A DNA stretch of 35,070 nucleotides. It comes from an uncultured Planctomycetales bacterium. GTDB taxonomy: Bacteria > Omnitrophota > Gorgyraeia > Gygaellales > Profunditerraquicolaceae. Shown here in pieces: positions 28,801-35,070 of this stretch. The notes under the pieces were generated by a model. The model was not told the origin of the DNA. It was given only the letters and a program-made list of their open reading frames with translations, and did no database searches. The translations under genes were made by a program, and so were the position numbers. Position 1 is the first letter of the stretch; every line of letters begins with the position of its first letter. The DNA is taken from NCBI GenBank assembly GCA_964362795.1, contig CAYIFW010000004.1, forward strand, positions 1 through 35,070, in the 5' to 3' direction.

Positions 28801-29451
28801 ATGATTATTAGCCAGCTCAAGCCGTTAGATGAATTATTAGCTAGCCTTGAAGAATATAAGAAAATATTTTTAGTAGGCTGCGGCGAGTGTTCTACTACCT
28901 GCAAAACCGGCGGGGAAGAAGAAGTTTTGAAGATGAAAGGGGGCCTGAAGAAAGCGGGTAAAATTGTCACCGGCTTTTGTATCCCCTCTGCGCCTTGTGT
29001 CGCGGCTAAACTTAAAACCGAGTTAGCCAAGAATTTGAAAGTTTTAAGTCAAGCGGATGCGGTTTTAGTTTTAGCTTGTGGTTTAGGGGTGCAGTCGTTT
29101 AAGGATAATGACCGTTTGAATTTGGCAGTTTTTCCTGCTTCCAATACCGTCTTTGGAGCAGTGATGGATGCCCGGGGAAATTTTTTTGAAAAATGTTCGA
29201 TGTGCGGTGAGTGTGTTTTGGGAGAAACCGCCGGAATTTGTCCGATTACGCTTTGCCCCAAAGGCTTGCTCAATGGCCCCTGCGGTGGGACTAATAAGGG
29301 CAAATGCGAAGTAGATAATCAAAAAGATTGCGCCTGGGTGTTGATTTATCAGGAGCTTGCGAAGAGCAAAAAATTGAAAATATTAAAAGAGATTCATCAA
29401 CCCAGAGATTTTCAGAAATCCGATAAGCCGCATAAATTAATCATGAAATAA
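28801..29451 (+). CDS. MetV-like / MTHFR C-terminal-domain Fe-S protein
   Basis: VGCGECSTTCKTGG, LACGLGVQ, CSMCGEC, ICPITLCPKGLLNGPCGG, CAW. Confidence 0.88.
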   Translation: MIISQLKPLDELLASLEEYKKIFLVGCGECSTTCKTGGEEEVLKMKGGLKKAGKIVTGFCIPSAPCVAAKLKTELAKNLKVLSQADAVLVLACGLGVQSFKDNDRLNLAVFPASNTVFGAVMDARGNFFEKCSMCGECVLGETAGICPITLCPKGLLNGPCGGTNKGKCEVDNQKDCAWVLIYQELAKSKKLKILKEIHQPRDFQKSDKPHKLIMK

Positions 29452-29452
29452 T

Positions 29453-29890
29453 ATGGACCAACCACTTCCTTATAGTGAAAAAGTAATGGATCATTTTACT
29501 AATCCCCGTAATGTGGGGGAGATTTCCGATGCTAGCGGTATTGGCACCGTCGGAAATCCCGTCTGCGGGGACGTGATGAAAATGTATTTAAAAATTGAAA
29601 ATGAAATAATTATTGATGTAAAATTCAAAACTTTCGGCTGTGGCGCCGCGGTAGCCACCAGTTCCATGGTTACCGAGATGGTTAAAGGAAAAAGTATTAG
29701 TGAAGCATTGGCGATTACCAATAAAGCGGTAGCCGAAGCCTTAGGCGGTTTACCTCCGGTAAAGATGCATTGTTCGGTTCTGGCGGAGGAAGCGCTGCGT
29801 TCGGCGTTAAAAGATTATTATAAGAAGCAGGGCAAACCAATACCTTTTGCGGATAAGCAGCATACCCATGAAGGGGGAACCTGTTTGTAG
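29453..29890 (+). CDS. iscU: Fe-S scaffold IscU/NifU-N
   Basis: YSEKVMDHFTNPRNVG, GNPVCGD, FKTFGCG, LPPVKMHCS. Confidence 0.95.
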   Translation: MDQPLPYSEKVMDHFTNPRNVGEISDASGIGTVGNPVCGDVMKMYLKIENEIIIDVKFKTFGCGAAVATSSMVTEMVKGKSISEALAITNKAVAEALGGLPPVKMHCSVLAEEALRSALKDYYKKQGKPIPFADKQHTHEGGTCL

Positions 29891-29898
29891 GTTTAGCC

Positions 29899-30444
29899 AT
29901 GTTGACAAAGGCTCAAATACGTAGTAAAATTCTTAAGAGATTAAAAACACAGAAGGAGGAAGACCGAAACCGAAAAAGTAAGCTTATTAAAGATAAACTT
30001 TTAAGGAATAAGGTTTTTAAAAAGGCGAAGATAGTGATGTTTTACATCGCTTTTGGCGGGGAAGTAAATACTAAAGAGATGATCAGGGAAGCTCAAGGAA
30101 CAGGTAAACTTATATGTGTGCCAATTTTCAGAAAAGATAAAGAAATTATGCAGCCAGCCATATTTAAAGATCAGGCTAAATTAAAAAAAGGGCCCTACGG
30201 TGTTTTAGAGCCGGTTATAGAAACATTGGTAGAGCCAGAGGATTTAGATCTTATTGTCGTTCCGGGATTAGCCTTTGATAAAGGCGGAAATCGTCTGGGA
30301 CGCGGCAAAGGTTGCTATGACCGTTTTTTAAATACACTTTCTGAAAATACGCCTTCTATAGGTTTGGCTTTTGATTTCCAGATCTTGCCCTTTATCCCTA
30401 CCACCAGCCATGATGTCAGCGTCAAAAAAGTAATCTTCTCCTAA
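29899..30444 (+). CDS. 5-formyltetrahydrofolate cyclo-ligase
   Basis: DLIVVPGLAFDKGGNRLGRGKGCYDRFL and C-terminal HDV. Confidence 0.96.
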   Translation: MLTKAQIRSKILKRLKTQKEEDRNRKSKLIKDKLLRNKVFKKAKIVMFYIAFGGEVNTKEMIREAQGTGKLICVPIFRKDKEIMQPAIFKDQAKLKKGPYGVLEPVIETLVEPEDLDLIVVPGLAFDKGGNRLGRGKGCYDRFLNTLSENTPSIGLAFDFQILPFIPTTSHDVSVKKVIFS

Positions 30445-30489
30445 GCTTCTTAAAAATTCTGAACAAAAAAGTTAAAAAGGGGGACCGAA

Positions 30490-32046
30490 ATGATTCTTAA
30501 CATAGTAGTGCTTATTTTTATTGCTTTAGTTGCCGCCTATGCGGGTTATTTTTTAAGAAAACATGTTGCCGAGAAAAAATTAAAAAGCGCGGAACTCGAA
30601 GCCGAACATATTTTAGAAGTAGCTAAAAAAGAGGTGCTGGATAAGCGCCGGGAAGCGGAATTAGAAGCTAAAGATTTATTGTACCGCATGCGCCAGGACT
30701 TTGAGCGGGAGACTAAAGACCGCAAGCAAGAGACGATTAACCTGGAAAAAAGATTAACCCAAAAAGAAGAAAATATCGACCGCAGGCTGGATCTTTTAGA
30801 AAAGAAAGAAAAAGAAATTGACGCGCGTAATGAAAATTTTAAGAAACAGGAGGATGCTTTAAAAGCCAAAGATAGCCAATTATTGGCCTTGGTGGCGGAA
30901 GAAAAAGAACGCCTGCAGAAAATTTCTTCTTTGTCGGTTGAAGAAGCAAAACAAATCCTGCTTAGCCGTTTAAATGAAGAATTGAATAATGAAAAAGCGG
31001 TATTTATTCGCCGGCAAGAAGAAGAAGTGCGCAGTATCGCCGATAAAAAAGCCCGCGAAATTTTAAGCCTGGCTATTCAGCGTTGCGCGGCGGAGCATAC
31101 CGTGGAATCGACCGTAAGCGTGGTAAATTTACCTAATGATGAAATGAAGGGCCGGATTATCGGACGGGAAGGCAGAAATATTCGCGCCTTAGAGATGGCT
31201 ACCGGTGTGGATGTGATTATTGATGATACTCCGGGAGCGGTAACTTTATCCGGGTTTGACGCCGTGCGCCGGGAGATTGCCCGCCTGAGCCTGGAAAAAC
31301 TTATTTCTGACGGAAGAATTCATCCTGGCCGGATTGAAGAACTGGTTGAAAAAACTAAAAAAGAAATGGATGAAAAAATCCGCGAAGAAGGCGAACGGGT
31401 GGCTTTTGAGGCCGGGGTTAATGGTTTGCATCCGGAAATAATTAAACTTTTAGGCCGGCTTAAGTATCGTACCAGTTATGGACAGAATGCCCTGCAGCAT
31501 TCTAAGGAAGTTTCTTTTTTGTTGGGGATTATGGCCAGCGAACTGGGGTTGGATTTTAAACTCGGCCGCCGGATCGGGCTTTTACATGATATTGGTAAAG
31601 CCGTGGATCATCAGGTGGAAGGAACGCATGCTAAATTGGGAGCGGACCTGGCTAAAAAATATAACGAAAGCGCTGAAGTTGTTTCGGCGATTGAATCACA
31701 TCATGAAGAAGCGCAGCCGCAAAGTATGTACGGAGTTTTAGCTATCGCAGCGGATGCGGTGAGCGCGGCGCGCCCCGGGGCTAGACGAGAAACTTTGGAG
31801 ATCTATGTCAAGCGCCTGGATAAGTTAGAATCAATTGCTAATGTATTTAAAGGGGTGGAGAAGTCTTTTGCCATTCAAGCCGGACGGGAAATTCGCGTAA
31901 TTGTGCAGCCGGAAAAAATCAGCGATGGCGATGCCGTTACTTTATGCCGCGATATCCGTAAGAAGATCGAAGAAGGGATGGAGTACCCCGGACAGATTAA
32001 AGTTACCGTGATCCGTGAAACCCGGACGATTGAGTACGCTAAATAA
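30490..32046 (+). CDS. rny: Ribonuclease Y
   Basis: N-terminal TM, coiled coil, KH ([13 protein letters not shown]), HD (LLHDIGK). Confidence 0.98.
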   Translation: MILNIVVLIFIALVAAYAGYFLRKHVAEKKLKSAELEAEHILEVAKKEVLDKRREAELEAKDLLYRMRQDFERETKDRKQETINLEKRLTQKEENIDRRLDLLEKKEKEIDARNENFKKQEDALKAKDSQLLALVAEEKERLQKISSLSVEEAKQILLSRLNEELNNEKAVFIRRQEEEVRSIADKKAREILSLAIQRCAAEHTVESTVSVVNLPNDEMKGRIIGREGRNIRALEMATGVDVIIDDTPGAVTLSGFDAVRREIARLSLEKLISDGRIHPGRIEELVEKTKKEMDEKIREEGERVAFEAGVNGLHPEIIKLLGRLKYRTSYGQNALQHSKEVSFLLGIMASELGLDFKLGRRIGLLHDIGKAVDHQVEGTHAKLGADLAKKYNESAEVVSAIESHHEEAQPQSMYGVLAIAADAVSAARPGARRETLEIYVKRLDKLESIANVFKGVEKSFAIQAGREIRVIVQPEKISDGDAVTLCRDIRKKIEEGMEYPGQIKVTVIRETRTIEYAK

Positions 32047-32049
32047 ACT

Positions 32050-32829
32050 ATGAAAATACTTTTTATCGGTGATATTGTCGGTTCGCCGGGACGAGAGGCG
32101 ATTACTAAATTAGTTATTCCGTTAAAGCAGGAATTAGGAATAGATTTTGTAATTGCTAACGCGGAAAATGCTTCCGGAGGATCAGGAATTACTGCTAAGG
32201 TGTCCGATGAGCTGCTGGGTTCCGGAGTGGATGTGCTCACCTCCGGAGACCATATTTGGAAGAAACCGGAAATTTTTGAGTTGATCAGCCGGGAGAAAAG
32301 GATTTTACGCCCGTTAAATTTTCCCAACGGAGCACCTGGCAGCGGAGCAACGGTATTTACTGCCAAAAACGGGATTAAGGTGGGGGTGATTAATGTTAAC
32401 GGCCGGGTTTTTATGGAGGCCCTGGAGTGCCCTTTTAAAGGCGCGCTTAAGGCAGCCGAAGAGCTGGCCAAAGACACAAAAATCATTATCGTCGATATTC
32501 ATGCCGAAGCAACCAGCGAGAAGGTTGCTTTAGGCTGGTATCTGGATGGTAAGGTTTCAGCTGTTTTGGGCACGCATACGCATATTCAAACCGCGGATGA
32601 AAAAATTTTACCCAAAGGCACCGCTTATTTAACGGATGCCGGCATGACCGGGCCGTATGACTCGGTAATTGGCAGAAGAGTAGAGGATGTGTTGACCCGT
32701 TTTTTAAGTTTGATACCCGTGAAATTTCAGGTTGCTCAAGATAATATCCAGTTGCATGGAGCCCTGGTGGAAATAGATGAAAAAACCGGCAAAGCAACTT
32801 CGATTCTAAGAATACAGAAAAAACTTTAA
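32050..32829 (+). CDS. ymdB: YmdB / TIGR00282 metallophosphoesterase
   Basis: FIGDIVG, NAENA, DIHAEATSEK, GTHTH, DAGMTGP; follows rny. Confidence 0.95.
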   Translation: MKILFIGDIVGSPGREAITKLVIPLKQELGIDFVIANAENASGGSGITAKVSDELLGSGVDVLTSGDHIWKKPEIFELISREKRILRPLNFPNGAPGSGATVFTAKNGIKVGVINVNGRVFMEALECPFKGALKAAEELAKDTKIIIVDIHAEATSEKVALGWYLDGKVSAVLGTHTHIQTADEKILPKGTAYLTDAGMTGPYDSVIGRRVEDVLTRFLSLIPVKFQVAQDNIQLHGALVEIDEKTGKATSILRIQKKL

Positions 32830-34740
32830 ATGAATAAAAGCGTGCCGATGAAGGCGGATCGGATCAAAGTATTTTTAATTTTTGCGCTGTTTTTTTTAAG
32901 CGTTCCGTGTTTTGCCCAAGTTCCCGATGAGTTGGAATTTAATTTAGAGTTTAGCTCTCCTGCCGTCAGCACTCCTAAAATATACAAATCCAATATTGAT
33001 TTAAGCGGTAGAGGCGCTCACCGCGATCTAGCTTTGCCGCAAACCATCGCCGCCCCGGAAGTTTTAACTGCCTGGGAGGCGGATCTGGGTTTTGGTAATT
33101 TTTACCGCTTGCAATATAATCTCTGGGAGATCCAGCAGCTGGCTAAAGATAAGGTTAACCAAGAAAAGCTGTTGAGTAATTATGAAGAGATTATTAAAAA
33201 AATAAGCGCTAGCGGCGGGATTGTCATGCTGGATTTATTCGGCACTCCTAACGGCTTAGGCAGGGTGCTGGATCGCAACAGCGCCCCGCATAATTTAAAG
33301 GCTTATAAAGAGTTAGTTAAGAATGCGATTCGTAAATTAAGTTGTGAAAGAAAATATAATATTTGGTATGAAGTTTGGAGCGCTCCGGACCTGGGGGATT
33401 TTTTCTTAGGGGATAAATCGGAGTATCTTAATCTTTACCGCGTGATCGCCGAAGCGGTAAAAGAATTAAAGCAGGAAACTAAAATTAATATTCCTTTGGG
33501 CGGGCCTTCGAGTAGCGCCTGGTTTAAGAATATCCAACCGAATAATATACTTACTCCCGAGGTTAGCTTAATTTATGAGTTGATAAAATATTGTTATAGT
33601 TACCGGCTTCCGTTAGATTTTATTTCCTGGCATGCTTATTCCAGCGATCCGCAGGAAGAAAAACAGGATACGATTTACAATAAATCCTTCATTAAGCTTA
33701 TCCGTGAGTGGCTAAGTTATTTTCATTTTGATAATAATCTTCCTTTGATTGTCGATGAATGGAATTTCGATGCTTCAGCTAATGTTTCGGCAGAACGAGG
33801 CAAGAATGCCTATATTGCCGCCAGCTTTATTCCGGCACGCCTTAAAAATATGTACGAAGCCGGGTTGGATAACCAAATTTATTTTTGCCTGGAAGATTTC
33901 GGAGGGAATATTCTCGGGGCAATTAGGAATTTAGGCGCCAGATCATTCGACCTGGCGCATCCAGAAGCTAAGGGCTATACTAAGCCCGGTTATAATATTT
34001 TCCGCATGCTTAACCTCTTGGGACAGGAATTATTGCCCGCTAAATTTAGCGATGAATTTGTGGGGGTCATTGCGACTAAGTCGGCTGATTCCCTGGCGTT
34101 GCTTATTTATAATTATATCGATCCGCAGGCGGCGATGAATTATTTATCCCGCAATATTATTTATTTGAATAACGCAGAACGTAAAGCGGCTTTAAATATA
34201 ATAAATTCCGATAGAATGCGTAAGCTGCTTTCCGGCCAGTTAGATATGGCTACCCTAAGGCTAAGCCCTAAGACCAAAACGTTGTTTGGCGCGGCTGTGG
34301 AATTAAATAAATTTGTCAATAAATTCTCTGTGGACAACCGTAAACTAAAAATTATTCTCAAAGGTTTAAAAGATACTTATATTATGAGCAGTTATACCGT
34401 GGATAATAAATGCAGCCGGGATTGTGAATTTAAAGCTAGCGACGAACAGGATGTGGATTTTAATTTGGATTATAGCCAGATTATAGAATTGGCGCCGTAT
34501 TCAGTGCAACTGCTGGTTTTTAAGAAAAAACCGGCGCCTCCGGTGGTTTTGGCCAGTGAAAGCCAAACTACGCCTTTGCAGCCTGCGGATCTGGCCAGTG
34601 GAGATCCAGCCCTGGTTTTGCAGCCGGAAGTAAAGCCGGTTGAGAAGGCGGTGGAAATAAAACCCGCTGAAAATATTCCTGAAGTAAAACCAGAAGATGC
34701 TCAGCCTGTGGTTAAAGAGAAAAATGCAGAAGCTAAGTAA
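32830..34740 (+). CDS. Secreted GH39-like (clan GH-A) protein with Pro/Glu-rich tail
   Basis: Signal peptide, YEVWSAPD, LGGP, PLDFISWHAY, IVDEWN, KPGYNIFRML. Start could be ATG 32848. Confidence 0.75.
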   Translation: MNKSVPMKADRIKVFLIFALFFLSVPCFAQVPDELEFNLEFSSPAVSTPKIYKSNIDLSGRGAHRDLALPQTIAAPEVLTAWEADLGFGNFYRLQYNLWEIQQLAKDKVNQEKLLSNYEEIIKKISASGGIVMLDLFGTPNGLGRVLDRNSAPHNLKAYKELVKNAIRKLSCERKYNIWYEVWSAPDLGDFFLGDKSEYLNLYRVIAEAVKELKQETKINIPLGGPSSSAWFKNIQPNNILTPEVSLIYELIKYCYSYRLPLDFISWHAYSSDPQEEKQDTIYNKSFIKLIREWLSYFHFDNNLPLIVDEWNFDASANVSAERGKNAYIAASFIPARLKNMYEAGLDNQIYFCLEDFGGNILGAIRNLGARSFDLAHPEAKGYTKPGYNIFRMLNLLGQELLPAKFSDEFVGVIATKSADSLALLIYNYIDPQAAMNYLSRNIIYLNNAERKAALNIINSDRMRKLLSGQLDMATLRLSPKTKTLFGAAVELNKFVNKFSVDNRKLKIILKGLKDTYIMSSYTVDNKCSRDCEFKASDEQDVDFNLDYSQIIELAPYSVQLLVFKKKPAPPVVLASESQTTPLQPADLASGDPALVLQPEVKPVEKAVEIKPAENIPEVKPEDAQPVVKEKNAEAK

Positions 34741-35070
34741 ACATATTTATACTATTTCGGAAATCACCCAGGTGATTAAGGGGCTGATTGAAAATAATGT
34801 GGGTGAGGTTTGGCTCCAGGGCGAGATCTCCAATTTTAAAGCCGCGGCCAGCGGGCATTTTTATTTTTCGCTTAAAGATCAAAACTCTTTGATTATGGCG
34901 GCGATGTTTGCTAATGCCAATAAAGGATTAAGGTTTAAGCCGGAAGATGGGCTGGAAGTTATTTGTTTCGGCAAAGTTGATGTTTATGGCCCGCGCGGCC
35001 AGTATCAGATTATCGTCGAACGGATTGAACCTAAAGGATTAGGTGCTCAACAATTGGCTTTTGAGCAATT
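34724..35070 (+). CDS. xseA: Exodeoxyribonuclease VII large subunit, 5' part (runs off window)
   Basis: Hand translation MQKLSKHIYTISEITQVIKGLIE..VWLQGEISNFKAAASGHFYFSLKD..YGPRGQYQI. Confidence 0.95.
   Translation, partial: MQKLSKHIYTISEITQVIKGLIENNVGEVWLQGEISNFKAAASGHFYFSLKDQNSLIMAAMFANANKGLRFKPEDGLEVICFGKVDVYGPRGQYQIIVERIEPKGLGAQQLAFEQ

Noticed and set aside
34586-34606. GGATCT..AGATCC palindrome in the GH39-like tail
   Set aside because: 6-bp stem, single copy, no match to the other repeat families.

Overview
Bacterial chromosomal origin region with mostly housekeeping genes. Gene order and style suggest an uncultured lineage such as Ca. Omnitrophota, but that is inference only. Left arm (minus strand): dnaA-dnaN-dciA-gyrB-gyrA-[small GIY-YIG nuclease]-tRNA-Glu. 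Right arm (plus strand): rpmH-yidD-yidC-Jag_N-parS-parA-parB-ndk-yicC-gmk-rpoZ-coaC, tRNA-Cys/Leu/Val, thrS-infC-rpmI-rplT, a Trk K+ module, pheS-pheT, 6S RNA, a coiled-coil membrane protein, cyclophilin, UvrD-like helicase, metV-like gene, iscU, 5-FCL, rny, ymdB, a GH39-like protein and partial xseA. Main oddities: (1) a ~280-bp integrase-free GIY-YIG cassette bracketed by a 31-bp duplication of the tRNA-Glu 5' half, with two TCCCG..CGGGA hairpins inserted in the dead copy; (2) related CCCGTT..AACGGG palindromes at the dnaA promoter region and the pheT start; (3) a second two-hairpin repeat family with compensatory changes; (4) an unannotated 38-aa membrane peptide coupled to trkH; (5) a candidate sigma54-driven GGA-rich sRNA; (6) no rnpA at its usual locus; (7) a GH39-like protein lacking the acid/base Glu. 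All calls come from reading the sequence; no searches were run.
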